Below the pieces are notes generated by a model. The model was not told the DNA's origin and made no database searches. It saw only the letters and a list, made by a program, of their open reading frames with translations. Of a stretch of 64,000 nt of DNA, positions 20,260 through 31,392 are shown one piece after another. Where the stretch lies: positions 2,048,001 to 2,112,000 of the forward strand of contig CAWCYI010000004.1 of assembly GCA_963799845.1 (NCBI GenBank). The letters are read 5' to 3'. The translations under genes were made by a program, and so were the position numbers. The stretch is from an uncultured Nitrososphaerota archaeon. GTDB lineage: Archaea; Thermoproteota; Nitrososphaeria; Nitrososphaerales; CADDZS01. Every line of letters begins with the position of its first letter. Within the stretch, counting starts at the first letter, position 1.

Positions 20260-21408
20260 ATGCAGACGAGACAGGCGGTTGCGCTCGTTGTTATAGTTGC
20301 AATCGGTGCTCTCGCTTTAGGAACGATGATGGGGAATAGTATATCCATTGGGAAGACAACAACATCTACAGTAACTCAGACACAAATCATTACGACCTAT
20401 GCTAATTTGTCCAACTCTACACAAACCGAAACGACGAACACCACATTTGGGCTGGAGTTGCTACTTACTTTGAATTCAACGATCATTCAAGATGGAGGCG
20501 CTATTAACGTTACAGTTACGATCTCCAATACTTTACCCCACGCAAACAATGTGTCAGGCGAAAATAAGTGGGCGATCCCTAGTCTGACTAGTTCCGCATC
20601 TTTTCCCTGTCAGAACTACGTTTACTACCAAGTCTTTCAAGGGATCTACTCCGAGTCGAACATTTCTTCAGCTGCGAATCCACTCCAAGTTTCTCCAGTT
20701 TATCAAAGCCTATCTTGCATCATCTTGCAACGACCCTACTATGTTTTCCAACCGCTGAGTGATCAAGCCTCTATTCCTGTTGGTCAGTACACTTCGAATT
20801 CAAGTACGTTTTATCAAACAACTTTCATGAGAATCTCCGAGCCTCTTATAGGAAACTACAGCTCGGTCTACAACGCTTCAGTTTTTACTCAGGCGGGAAC
20901 TTTGCCACCGCCCCCTTTTCATCCTGGAAACTACACCATAATCGCGGGTGACGAGTGGGGACAGCTCGTTCTGCTGCATTTCACCGTGACAAACAATTCT
21001 GTACAAGTATCCAGTTCGAATACCATTAGTGCGAACACATTCTTCTCGACTAGTTGTTCGATTTCTGGAGTCGGCGGCTTTGAATTTCGTCTAGTCTCCG
21101 ATTCAACGGGGCAACCCATTAACGCAAGTAGCATTAGTGCAGTTGACAAGCTTGGTTGCAATCAGGAGAATCAGGCCGTTTACCTGAATCAGTTTTCCTA
21201 CCTTGGAGACGGTTGGTTTGTTCCAATGTTTCCAAGTCAAGCCACTGTGGGAGGTGGTCTCAATGTCACAGTTACTTACCAAGGGGAGACGTACAATTTC
21301 GCAGGGTACTATCCCCCTGTTGGAACAGATTGTGTAACGTTACATGTTCCTTCGGGTAACGTAACCTCGTCAACAGCAATGAACGGAAGTGGTTCGTATT
21401 GTTCGTAG
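20260..21408 (+). CDS. Surface protein: MQTRQ leader, GDEWG domain and 'VPSGNV' domain
   Basis: Domains shared with neighbouring genes. Confidence 0.85.
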   Translation: MQTRQAVALVVIVAIGALALGTMMGNSISIGKTTTSTVTQTQIITTYANLSNSTQTETTNTTFGLELLLTLNSTIIQDGGAINVTVTISNTLPHANNVSGENKWAIPSLTSSASFPCQNYVYYQVFQGIYSESNISSAANPLQVSPVYQSLSCIILQRPYYVFQPLSDQASIPVGQYTSNSSTFYQTTFMRISEPLIGNYSSVYNASVFTQAGTLPPPPFHPGNYTIIAGDEWGQLVLLHFTVTNNSVQVSSSNTISANTFFSTSCSISGVGGFEFRLVSDSTGQPINASSISAVDKLGCNQENQAVYLNQFSYLGDGWFVPMFPSQATVGGGLNVTVTYQGETYNFAGYYPPVGTDCVTLHVPSGNVTSSTAMNGSGSYCS

Positions 21409-21417
21409 TGAAATTAA

Positions 21418-21675
21418 TTGAATGCGACTAAGAGAGTTGTGACAGTAAGCATAGCAACGGTTGCACTACTGGTCGTAGCCTTATTGATTGTTTACTATTC
21501 GGACATTAATTATTCGAAACTAACTGAGGATGCATACGTCAATCTTTCCAATTGGTTGATTCTCACATTCGGGCTTTTCATCGTCTTTCTAGTGTTGGAC
21601 ATCGCTCTAATAATAGGGATGCTTATGGAACGAAAATGGCCGAAGGAATCATTTGTGGAGCCAGAGGAAGGTTAA
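21418..21675 (+). CDS. Small 2-TM membrane protein
   Basis: Two hydrophobic helices. Confidence 0.65.
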   Translation: MNATKRVVTVSIATVALLVVALLIVYYSDINYSKLTEDAYVNLSNWLILTFGLFIVFLVLDIALIIGMLMERKWPKESFVEPEEG

Positions 21676-21748
21676 GGTTGAAGCACCCTTACTATATTCA
21701 GACGTTGTTGGGATTACGAATTCGAGCTCCTCCCTGAGATGAGTTAAG

Positions 21749-22645
21749 ATGCAAACAAGACAGGTCATTGCACTAATAATCGTGGCTGCGATTATTGCTC
21801 TCGCTTTCGGCACGACGTTAGGATACAGTGTTTCTTCAGGAAGGACTTCGACGATAACGAAAACAGGAGCGACCTCGACTATGACTCAGATCGAAGCAAC
21901 CACCGTTACCACGAGTTTCTTTCTTGGAACTTCAATAACAAGTAATTCGTCTTCCAAGAATTTTCTTTTCAATGAAACCTTTGATGTCTATGTAAATTAT
22001 AGTGGTGCATGGGGGCTGTCGTATCAAACACATCTGGGCTTCCCTACACCATCAGACACTCTAGTTGAATCAGGTAATTTCTTCGGGCATAGTCCAGCGA
22101 ATGAGTCAGTCACTGTAACCGAGAACTATACGCTGTTTGATATCGGTTACTTGACTTGCTTCCAAGCTCAGAAACTCGACAACTCAAGTTCACTCTTGAC
22201 CTTGGGATTCACTTCTTCCAACTCTGAAAATAAAACGTCTCTTGCCTTTGGCACCGCAAGTCTCTGTGTAGGAGTGTTCACGGATGGAACAATAACCACC
22301 TCCACCATCTCAAGCGGATTGAATAAGATTGTCTTCCAAGAATCAGGTGCTTGTGATCCTCCTGCATATGTTGCTCCATGGTCTGTAACGCTTGGGGAAC
22401 AGACCTTGGCTCAACCGCCTAACGCAACACTGCCCATTCCAAACGACTCTTTTTCCGCAGCGCCGAATAACAGCATATACTCACAGATGGTTTTCTACGT
22501 TCCTAATGGCACTTATCACTACTCCATCAGTCCAAGTTCAATGTTGGCTGGTTTCCCATCGGCTGGAACCATTTCGATTAATTCTTCCGAAGTAATAAGC
22601 ATCGGCGCACCCCCGATCAGTTGCACGGTTAGTACCAGTACGTAG
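21749..22645 (+). CDS. Surface protein: MQTRQ leader, 'NYxGxW' domain and 'YVAPWSVTLG' domain
   Basis: Shared modules; the last resembles thermopsin-associated repeats. Confidence 0.85.
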   Translation: MQTRQVIALIIVAAIIALAFGTTLGYSVSSGRTSTITKTGATSTMTQIEATTVTTSFFLGTSITSNSSSKNFLFNETFDVYVNYSGAWGLSYQTHLGFPTPSDTLVESGNFFGHSPANESVTVTENYTLFDIGYLTCFQAQKLDNSSSLLTLGFTSSNSENKTSLAFGTASLCVGVFTDGTITTSTISSGLNKIVFQESGACDPPAYVAPWSVTLGEQTLAQPPNATLPIPNDSFSAAPNNSIYSQMVFYVPNGTYHYSISPSSMLAGFPSAGTISINSSEVISIGAPPISCTVSTST

Positions 22646-22672
22646 ACACAAATTGCTTGAGCGGAGAGTTAG

Positions 22673-23671
22673 ATGCAAACAAGACAAGTCGTTGCAATCG
22701 TAGTAGTGATTGCAGTTCTTGCTCTAGCTCTCGGAGTCGCCATAGGATATGGCCTTTCTTCAATTAGGACAACAACGTACACTGCTACTGGTTCCAACTC
22801 GTATCAAGTCGAATTCATTCAACAAGCAGCCACATGCCCGCCCTCTATTCCTGAGTATGTCGCTCCATGGTCAGTAACTTTGGGGAATCAAAGCAAAACC
22901 GAACCGAGCAACGGAACTGGCTACGGTGCTGGCTGGGCCTCGTTTTTCGGTGTGTACTCGAAGATCTCATTTCTCGTACCAAACGGAGTTTACAACTACA
23001 ACGCGACTCCAGACGATAATGGCTACACTCCGTTCGAAGTTTCGTCACCTGCTAATCCTAATGGTGCTTATGACTCTGTAATAGGAACAGTTACCGTGAT
23101 CGGTTCAAACGTAACTGTAAATATTGGCCCAGCTGAAGTTTACTGCTCTGCTGCCCCAACCACTCAAACAACATCATACTCCACGAAGAACAATATTACT
23201 ACAGGGGAAACATTTCACATTCCCACAAATGGAACTCTGACCGCGTTTGCGAGATACTACTACTTCAATTCCACCGCTGCGAGCACTTTCGACTTTACGA
23301 ATGTCACCGAGATTCATCTCGAAGGATTCGATGGACACTCGACATTTGACGCTTCGTCCAACTTTACCGTGGAATCGAACGTAAGCTCGATCCGAATAGG
23401 GGGTCCTCAAAACCAAAGTGAGGGTGTCACGGTGAAGTACGTTATCGGTCTAAAGCCAGGACTGAACGGCACATACACTTTGAACTTTGGGCTATTGTAT
23501 CCATCGCTTTCTGCATGCGCCGTGGATTTCCATCTTGTCGTCGGTAATGGACTGCCTAACTATGATTGGACTGGAAGTTGTACTGCACCCCTCTCAAATG
23601 AGTATCCTGTCAACAGTCAGGGTTTCGTGCCAGGATATTTGTTTGCAGACGTCGCAAGCCTTTCTTCATAA
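22673..23671 (+). CDS. Surface protein: MQTRQ leader, 'YVAPWSVTLG' domain and 'ARYYYF' domain
   Basis: Shared modules. Confidence 0.85.
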   Translation: MQTRQVVAIVVVIAVLALALGVAIGYGLSSIRTTTYTATGSNSYQVEFIQQAATCPPSIPEYVAPWSVTLGNQSKTEPSNGTGYGAGWASFFGVYSKISFLVPNGVYNYNATPDDNGYTPFEVSSPANPNGAYDSVIGTVTVIGSNVTVNIGPAEVYCSAAPTTQTTSYSTKNNITTGETFHIPTNGTLTAFARYYYFNSTAASTFDFTNVTEIHLEGFDGHSTFDASSNFTVESNVSSIRIGGPQNQSEGVTVKYVIGLKPGLNGTYTLNFGLLYPSLSACAVDFHLVVGNGLPNYDWTGSCTAPLSNEYPVNSQGFVPGYLFADVASLSS

Positions 23672-23729
23672 ATTATTGGGAAACGCTCAATCGATTGATA
23701 ACGAAAAACACAAGAGAAATGGAAAGGGA

Positions 23730-24485
23730 ATGAAATCAGGAGAAATTGTTGCTTTCATAATCATAGTTGGAGTGATAGCGCTTGCTCTCGGCACCACGAT
23801 CGGATACAGTCTCTCTTCTGGAAGGACTTTCACTGTAACACAGAGCGGAAAGACTTCAACGATGACAACCACAAATGGCACCTTATTTCCACAGTCCACT
23901 ACCTACACTACAGTTAGTCAAACCACACTATCATTTGGAGGTTCTACTTACGCAACGACAACTGGAGAATATTCGGGTTGTATTCCGCCAGTTCAATGCT
24001 ACCTTACCACGGTTACTACTGTAAATTATCTAAGCACCTCTCCTCCAAATTCAACATCCACAACGTCTGAGAGTTCTCTGTCTTCTTCTAATTCAATATC
24101 AATATCGTCCGTGGGTTCCGAAACTTTCGTAACTTTCGAAACCACTATCGGCATCAATACTACTGTCGGAGGCGCAACCTTCGTCTATCCAATCTCCATC
24201 AATTATAACGGAGGTCCGTGGCTTCTTCATTACTGGGTTCAAAATTATTCTGGAACGCAAAACAGCATTAGTGGAAACCTGATTGGTTCTGTAAACTCCT
24301 CAATATGGATAACGTTCTATGTGTCGGGTTATGTCGAGTATACCCTCTGCGCGAGCGCAACAAAAATGCCTAATGATTCCCCACGACAGTTTGATCTTCC
24401 ATTGACACTGGCTGTATTCAATCAAAACGAGACCGCAATTGGCTCTAATTCAACGGTAGAAGTTTGCGGCACCATGGGAGTGTGA
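23730..24485 (+). CDS. Surface protein with 'YPISINYNG' domain
   Basis: Leader related to the MQTRQ family; C-terminal domain shared with 25471-25989 (both end CGxMGV). Confidence 0.8.
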   Translation: MKSGEIVAFIIIVGVIALALGTTIGYSLSSGRTFTVTQSGKTSTMTTTNGTLFPQSTTYTTVSQTTLSFGGSTYATTTGEYSGCIPPVQCYLTTVTTVNYLSTSPPNSTSTTSESSLSSSNSISISSVGSETFVTFETTIGINTTVGGATFVYPISINYNGGPWLLHYWVQNYSGTQNSISGNLIGSVNSSIWITFYVSGYVEYTLCASATKMPNDSPRQFDLPLTLAVFNQNETAIGSNSTVEVCGTMGV

Positions 24486-24604
24486 TGTTACATTCCATTG
24501 TCCATGGAAAGAATCAATGGCGTGACGCATTCCTACCTGTCTTTGTATCCCAACTGTTCTAAAGACTAGAACCTTATAGGATGACTTCGAGTGAAAACAA
24601 GTAG

Positions 24605-25225
24605 ATGAAAAGTTCAACCATCCTGTCACTCGTCGGAATCGCGATTATCATGCTTGTTATTGGGTTGGCGGCAGGTTCAGTCCTATTTCCCCTAACGAAA
24701 ACAGAAACAACCACGCAGAAAATTACTAGCAACAATGTTGAGACGCAATCCATCACTATTCCGAGCACAATCATAGTAACTGCGAGTGTTACCCAAACTC
24801 AAATGGAATCATCCAGCAGCCTATTTCCGACTTCAGTTACTACATCTAGCAGTGTGGTATGCTCAGTCAGCGCTGCAGGAACTGGACTATATGTGACCGT
24901 GGAATCGGATGGTAGTCAACCTATATCAGGAATTCAAGTGTCGGGAACAGGAGTCATTGAGTTTTCAAATGGAGAAGGTTGTCAACAAGACAATGGCTCG
25001 CTTACCACGAACTCGACAGGAAGCGTCGTTTTCGGAGCAGACACGGGAAGTTACTATCTTCTTTCCATACTCTATCAAGGCGAGAACTACACTGCAACTG
25101 CCCCTGTCTACATTATGCAAAGCACGTATCTGACTCTCAGAGTTCCCTCGGGCAATATTAGCGTGACAGAAATCCCATTCGGTGGATGTATTAGAAATTC
25201 TACGGAAACTCAATGTCCAGGTTAG
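24605..25225 (+). CDS. Surface protein: MKxSTILSLVG leader and 'VPSGNI' domain
   Basis: Leader shared with 33609 and 37139. Confidence 0.85.
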   Translation: MKSSTILSLVGIAIIMLVIGLAAGSVLFPLTKTETTTQKITSNNVETQSITIPSTIIVTASVTQTQMESSSSLFPTSVTTSSSVVCSVSAAGTGLYVTVESDGSQPISGIQVSGTGVIEFSNGEGCQQDNGSLTTNSTGSVVFGADTGSYYLLSILYQGENYTATAPVYIMQSTYLTLRVPSGNISVTEIPFGGCIRNSTETQCPG

Positions 25226-25232
25226 GATACGA

Positions 25233-25433
25233 ATGAGACGCAGAACGATTCTTGCGGTAGTAATTGTGATTGGTCTCTTTATCTTCTTTCTACCGATCCT
25301 GCCCGCTAGAACGCCTGCTGGTTGTCTTGAGTGTAATGTTTCGTACTTGAGATCTCCGAGTTGCGTATTAGGTATTGGAATAGGGTTATGGGACAATCAA
25401 TTGACGGATTGTCGAGGTCCATCGATCCCGTGA
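25233..25433 (+). CDS. Small Cys-rich membrane protein
   Basis: MRRRT plus TM helix and CxxC. Confidence 0.55.
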   Translation: MRRRTILAVVIVIGLFIFFLPILPARTPAGCLECNVSYLRSPSCVLGIGIGLWDNQLTDCRGPSIP

Positions 25434-25470
25434 TTGGGTTCGTCTAGCAAGACAATGCGGTAAACAAGCT

Positions 25471-25989
25471 TTGTCAGAATCCAGATCGCGTAAAGTCAGA
25501 AGAAATGTGCTCATCGCCCTAATCATAATCTTGGTGCTCGCATTTTCCGTCACCTACTACGCGAAAATAGGCATGTCTCGAAGTACGACTACGTCTGAGA
25601 GTTCTCAGACTTCTACCCGTTTAACATCTACAACGTCTGTGGGTTCTCAAACTTCGTTCGGCACCATTTTCACCATTTGCTGTGATACTACCGATACTGC
25701 GCAGCTCTTCTACCCCATCACTATCAATTACAATGGCTCATGGAATCTTCAGTATTGGATCGAAGATTCTAGGCATAACATCGTTCTGGGAAATCTGAAT
25801 GGTTCAGGAAATTTTGGGACAACAATAACATTCTATATAGTAGGTTCTGCCGCAGAGACACTGTGTGCAAATGCAACAGAACTGAATCCGCAGAATAATC
25901 TTACATTGTCCTTGAGTGTATTGGGTCAAATCAACAGCACCACTGCTTCCAATCCAACGACGGAGGCTTGTGGTAGCATGGGCGTGTAA
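25471..25989 (+). CDS. Surface protein with 'YPITINYNGSW' domain
   Basis: TM helix; domain paralogous to 23730. Confidence 0.8.
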   Translation: MSESRSRKVRRNVLIALIIILVLAFSVTYYAKIGMSRSTTTSESSQTSTRLTSTTSVGSQTSFGTIFTICCDTTDTAQLFYPITINYNGSWNLQYWIEDSRHNIVLGNLNGSGNFGTTITFYIVGSAAETLCANATELNPQNNLTLSLSVLGQINSTTASNPTTEACGSMGV

Positions 25990-26109
25990 GAAGTCATAAT
26001 TATTTGACGCATCTTGCAAAGTGCTAGGGACCGAAAGTGAAATACTCATTTGCCCTAATGGGTGTAATTATGTTAACAGTTGTCTTGTTGTTAAATCTGG
26101 ATAATTTCG

Positions 26110-26655
26110 TCATGCGGTCGAAGTATTCTTGGGCCTTGGAATTATGAATCTCAACGTGAGACTTCTGCGGCCAAGATTCTGATTCATAGCTTCTGAACGT
26201 CTCTTTGCCTCGTCATCGTTGACGTAACTATAGTCGAAGATTACTCGGCAACGATAATCTTTCCTTACATTTGATATGTATCTGATTGATGGGATGAATA
26301 TCGCGGTTTTACCAGGTGTTTTGTCTTGAGCGGTCAAACCAAGCTGCCCGTTTAGCTTGTTACATTCCTCTTCAGCATTTTCTAAACTGTACCTGCCGAG
26401 CGCTTCTATCTGAGCGCAATAATGAAAGTCCTCAGAATCTTTGCTGAGAAAAATATCCTCCATACTTTTATCCGAACCAACCATGACAAAGTTTCCACCT
26501 TTGCTAAAGTCGAACGCGTTTGCGTCAGTGACACCGTGTTTCGATTTCATATGCTCTTTCAGGTCTGACCAAGATCGATTCATACTCATTCCTACAAACG
26601 TGTACGTGTAGCATGTATTGTAAAGACAAAAGTGGCACGTGTAGTATGAAATCAA
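26110..26655 (-). CDS. Hypothetical protein with C2H2-like zinc finger
   Basis: 'CHFC...LKEHMKSKH'. Confidence 0.55.
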   Translation of the reverse strand: MISYYTCHFCLYNTCYTYTFVGMSMNRSWSDLKEHMKSKHGVTDANAFDFSKGGNFVMVGSDKSMEDIFLSKDSEDFHYCAQIEALGRYSLENAEEECNKLNGQLGLTAQDKTPGKTAIFIPSIRYISNVRKDYRCRVIFDYSYVNDDEAKRRSEAMNQNLGRRSLTLRFIIPRPKNTSTA

Positions 26656-27302
26656 ATTTCAATCTAGATTTTGAGTAGATCATGGAATTTAAGCATTTGA
26701 AGATCCGTTCCATTCATTTTCACTTCAGGCTTTTTGATCTTGATTAGAAATTCATAACCGAATCATAATATCTTCAAACTGTAATATGAAAAATGGGATC
26801 AAGTCCGTCATGATTGACTGGAACGGATGGATTAACGGTAATGACCAAAAAAATTCAGATGAGAGATTTCTCAGGTAATATATCCAGTGCAAAGGAGAAT
26901 CGCTCGTTACCTTTTGTACTTGAGGGCTACTTATCGCGAAACTCAGAAAATATCTGAATAAGCCTGCCGCGATAATTAGCAAAACCACAACTACACTGAC
27001 AGCTTTAGTGATTCCAGACCTAGTTGACTTCAAGCTTGGAACTGATCGGGTGCTATTGCGTATTTTAGACTAATCAGTAGTTTGCCTTCGCTTGACAGTT
27101 GTAAGGTCCGAGACGCTCCCATTTCTCTACAGATGATGTGTAGAGAAATGAGGGGGAGTCGGAGGAATAACAATAATGACACGGCTACTGAGCTCATAAT
27201 GACAGTCAAGATGAAAGCGTCATTCGTAAAAAGGATCCGAAATGAATAGCGAAGATCTCGATTACTAGTTTTCTTGTGCAATCCCATCACGACTTTGTAA
27301 AG

Positions 27303-27956
27303 CTAAGATTCGCTACTATTCGTTGAGGCCCAAACTATTTGATTTGCAAGAGTACCAATAGCTTCGGAATTACTGATGTAGAGACAGGGAAATCCTGCAG
27401 GAACAGCAGTGGCATTTCCCACTGCAAGTTCCATCACGTCTTGGCACTGAATCATTTCGGGATAAGAGAACCCTTGCGGCTGAATAAAATAAAGATGAGA
27501 CTTGGCTTCACTGGTTGGTGTTATCGTGAAGAAAACGTAATCTCCTAGCGGGGATATGATGCCCACATTTGGACTTAAACCAAGCAGAGTCGTAAGAGTT
27601 GAAACATACGTTTCAGTAGCCGTGATTGCAAAGTCGGAAGTTGCAAGTACGAGATGAGTAGCATTAGTTCCTGGAACGTTGTGGTACGTTAAGATTGTTA
27701 TAGCGTCTTTGGGAACGAAGACGGATAATTTTGGCGAGTCATAATAGAAAAATTTGGCACAGATATTGAGGGTCTCTCCTTGGTTAAGTTGGACTGATGT
27801 GACATTGCTAATCGCCCCAGAACTCGACGAACACTTACCAGCAGCGTAATTTGCAGAGCTCGCAAGAATTGATGTTGTGAGAATTGATGTTGCCGACAAA
27901 ACTATGATTGTGGAAAGGAATGCTACTCCAGATTTTGTTCTTAGTTGAGATTGCAA
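27303..27956 (-). CDS. Secreted or membrane-anchored protein, paralog of 50501-51169
   Basis: Clear similarity over the full length ('LNICAKFFYY', 'MIQCQDVMELAVGNAT'). Confidence 0.8.
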   Translation of the reverse strand: MQSQLRTKSGVAFLSTIIVLSATSILTTSILASSANYAAGKCSSSSGAISNVTSVQLNQGETLNICAKFFYYDSPKLSVFVPKDAITILTYHNVPGTNATHLVLATSDFAITATETYVSTLTTLLGLSPNVGIISPLGDYVFFTITPTSEAKSHLYFIQPQGFSYPEMIQCQDVMELAVGNATAVPAGFPCLYISNSEAIGTLANQIVWASTNSSES

Positions 27957-27988
27957 TAGAAACTTGACCCAAACTTGGATGTTGGAAA

Positions 27989-28627
27989 ATGAGACTAATA
28001 GTTATGTCAGAACGATCGGGTAAAAGTATATACCAGTTTAACGGAGTATCCTGGGAAAATAGACTAAAAGCGGACGACATTTTGCTTCAAAGAAGAGTAC
28101 TCAAAATCATAGCTCTGACTCTTCTAATCGTCGCATCTATCGTGACTGCACTCTTGTTACTAACTTTGTCTTACCACTCACAAGGTTTGAGCTCTTACGG
28201 TAGTCCACCACAGAATTCTACTATTGCTAAGATTGCATTTGACTATCGATACGACCTCTGCATTTCCACGGTTGTCGTTTGGTTATTAGTTGCGGCGTTC
28301 GGCTCGTGGGTCTGGAAGGGGAGAACTAGGATTGCTTGGAAAGAAACTGGTTTTGACAAGGATGTCTTTGATCTTTTAATGAAGATGAAAGGCGGGAATA
28401 GCCGATTGAAGGTCATGCATGCCCTAGTTTCTAAGTCCAAAGATAGATTGCAGCTTTCAAACGAACTCCAAATGGATTGGAAGACAATAGACCGTCACAT
28501 CAAGATCCACAATGAATATGGTCTAGTCAAAGAACAGACGAGCTATGGAAATAATGTGAAATTCTACATGCTGACTGAAAAGGGGAGCAGTATTTCCGAG
28601 CTCGTAGAAAAATTATCAGAGAACTAA
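27989..28627 (+). CDS. Membrane-tethered winged-helix (ArsR-like) transcription regulator
   Basis: Two TM helices, then 'MKGGNSRLKVM...QLSNELQMDWKTIDRHIKI...YGLV...YMLTEKG'. Confidence 0.8.
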   Translation: MRLIVMSERSGKSIYQFNGVSWENRLKADDILLQRRVLKIIALTLLIVASIVTALLLLTLSYHSQGLSSYGSPPQNSTIAKIAFDYRYDLCISTVVVWLLVAAFGSWVWKGRTRIAWKETGFDKDVFDLLMKMKGGNSRLKVMHALVSKSKDRLQLSNELQMDWKTIDRHIKIHNEYGLVKEQTSYGNNVKFYMLTEKGSSISELVEKLSEN

Positions 28628-28881
28628 CTAACAACCCAGTCTAGGAAGAGTAGGAGATTGCGAACAGCAGGCTACCAAGATTTCTTGAAATCCTGTTCTT
28701 CTGCAAGTAATCTCTACCCCAAACTTTGGGTCGGCTCTATGTCTGAGGCGGCCAACCATTTACTTTTGGCATAAACGGTGTTCTATGAACTAGAGCCTTA
28801 TAGGACTCATCCGCGAGAAAATGAAGGTAGATGAATGGAGTCTAAGTTTGTTTCCAGTGCGACTGTCGGAGCATAATTCAA

Positions 28882-29941
28882 ATGAGAATCAGATCAGCTA
28901 TCAGTCGAATCGCATCCTTACCAATAGTAGTAGTGGTGATTATTCTTGTATCCACTGGGGTTTTTGGAATTTATCTTAGCCAAATTGTTCCAGAGAGTAA
29001 TACTGGCAGTACCTCATATTCAGTGACCGTTCTAACGACCGAGCTCCCTAGTCCTTCGATTTCTCAAACTGTAAACACTTTACTGACCACAAGTAGTAGC
29101 ACGTGTTATTCTTTGGCTTTGCCTAGGAATGAGACTGTCACTACGAAAACCAATTCAATGCAGACAATGATATTCAATGTAACAGATTATTTCGACGCTG
29201 GAAATTGGGTTAGCTTTCTTGGTAGCCCCATACATTTTTCTTCGTATACTTTCGTAGCATACTCTCCGAATTCAACAACCGTGGGAGGGACAGACTATTT
29301 TTCAGACAGAGCCGCAGTTCTTCGTTAACGTTTCGGAAAGCGGAAGCTCAAGCGCGGTAAGCAATATTCAAACGGGAGCCTGGACAGGATTTCCTACTCT
29401 AGTCGGAATCGGAAGCCAATGGCCGCCAGTTCTGTCGCCCTCCAACGCACAAATTCTCTTCGACGGTAATGTGACCATGCAATTTCTATTTCCTTGCAAC
29501 ACTCGAAGCGTAATGTTCGAGATAGATGTGGCCACAAACAAGAGTCAAACTGTAACGACAACCACGACTCTGAATTCCCACACGACATCTCCTTCCGTCA
29601 TTTGCACCTTCCCTGGGCAGTCTATGGGTCTCGACATGAGTATACTTTCCGATTCTTCATCAACTCCTGTTGTTGGGGCGAATGTTACTGCTATCTACGA
29701 GTTCAATGGAAGTTGTAGCGGCGGATTTCAGCAGAGACAGACGACTCGAACTTTTACAACAAACGATACTGAATGGTACTACCTGGATGGCCTCAATGAT
29801 GGGAATTACACATTTTCGATCAATTATTCCGATCACAATTACAATTTCACCGCCGAACTCAGGCCTTCAGTTTATACATGTGCAATATTGTTTCTTCCCT
29901 CTGGAAAGACAAACGTCACTTTTACTCCAGTATCATGCTGA
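28882..29941 (+). CDS. Surface protein (frameshifted) with C-terminal 'LPSGKT' domain
   Basis: 'RSAISR' plus TM helix; continues into ORF 29471-29941, whose domain is shared with 20260 and 24605. Confidence 0.65.
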
Positions 29942-29966
29942 TCATTTTGGGAGTGAAGCGAGCGTT

Positions 29967-30635
29967 TTGATTCGTAAGCAAAATTCATCTCGGCTAGTGT
30001 TGTTGTTTCCTGTGCTCCTAGTATTGATATTCGGGATATTCGTTGCGCACGTTACGTCGTCATCGACGATTGCAGACTCAGTTTTTCAGGTCGCCAGAAT
30101 CAATCCATTAGCTCCTGGACTAAAACTGTCTCTTTCAATTTCCAATCCTGTGATATTCAGCGGAGATAGCATTGGAATCACGATCAGCGAGTCTAACACC
30201 CAGACGACTCCAGTCAACATGAACTTTTCCAGCAATTGGCCCGTGGAAGGTCTGAGCCTATCAATATGCGGAAGGTTGGGATCTCCATTTGCGTTCGGCG
30301 TCGCGCAGGGTTACTACACCATATCTAACATTTCCTCAGCCGAAATGCTGGACATATTCGCACCCACAAGCTTCCCAATGACAGATTGTGCGCCGTCTCT
30401 CTTCAATGCCAGTTCGTACATATTTCAATCGCAGAGCAACATTGTCTCGATAGTGTATCCCTTGCTGGAATCTCAACCCCAGATATACAACGAATCGGAC
30501 GAAGCTTCTGTCTCGGCGAATGGATATTTGCCGAACGTGGGAAACTGGACAGAGTTCCAAATGGGTACTTACACGGTCGTGGGGGGTGATGAGTGGGGAA
30601 ATGTCGTGATACTTCACTTTGCCGTTACTCCTTAA
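29967..30635 (+). CDS. Surface protein with GDEWG domain
   Basis: TM helix; 'YTVVGGDEWGNVVILHF'. Confidence 0.8.
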   Translation: MIRKQNSSRLVLLFPVLLVLIFGIFVAHVTSSSTIADSVFQVARINPLAPGLKLSLSISNPVIFSGDSIGITISESNTQTTPVNMNFSSNWPVEGLSLSICGRLGSPFAFGVAQGYYTISNISSAEMLDIFAPTSFPMTDCAPSLFNASSYIFQSQSNIVSIVYPLLESQPQIYNESDEASVSANGYLPNVGNWTEFQMGTYTVVGGDEWGNVVILHFAVTP

Positions 30636-30688
30636 GATTATTGAAAAATGAACATCTGCTTACTTCTGAAAGAAAAAGAACCTAGATA

Positions 30689-31392
30689 GTGACAGCGTTA
30701 GAAATGGGAATCTCAAATACTCCGACACGCCGAAGCTTGAATGCAAGCGGAATTTCGAAAATCTCGCTCGCGGTGGTTGTATTGATCACCATATCCCTGG
30801 TTGTAGCGGCCAGCTACATATTTTCTTTCTATGAGACCAGCCCAGGAAGCCAATATCTGGCACAGTGCGACCCGAACTATAATCCATTCACCACTTTTAC
30901 AAATACCTCGCAACTTGAGACTTTCAGTGCGATACGATGAAACCTGATGACGTTGGAAAATTCTGCGCGAGTTACGGTATGTCTTCAGACAGTTCGTTCC
31001 AGTTGAATCTTGCAAACAAGTGGTCTGTTTTCTACGCAAACAATAAGTCGGCGGTTCCCACCTCTCTCCTGCGCATATCCGCAGAACCGAACTCCGTAAC
31101 CGTTCCAGCATTCTCCGACCAGAGTGGACCGAATACTGTGACATACGCTTTATTCACCATATCCACTTCAAACTCCTCTAAGGGATTCTACGCCATTTTC
31201 CTTCCAGGTTTCTGCTCATTCATGGGGCTGGAGGTGGGCTACACTCAAGTGAATTTTTCTGATTTTGAGTATTGGTATCAAACGCCAGTTTCAGGATGTA
31301 CTTACGATGGTGGCGGGATCATATCAACCAGCGACAATGTTGGCGTGGCGTTCACGTCAATTCCGCTAAACGAGCAAAAATATTCTAGTTAA
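30689..31392 (+). CDS. Surface protein split by a frameshift near 30935
   Basis: 'SGISK' plus TM helix in 30689-30940; ectodomain in 30937-31392. Confidence 0.6.
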
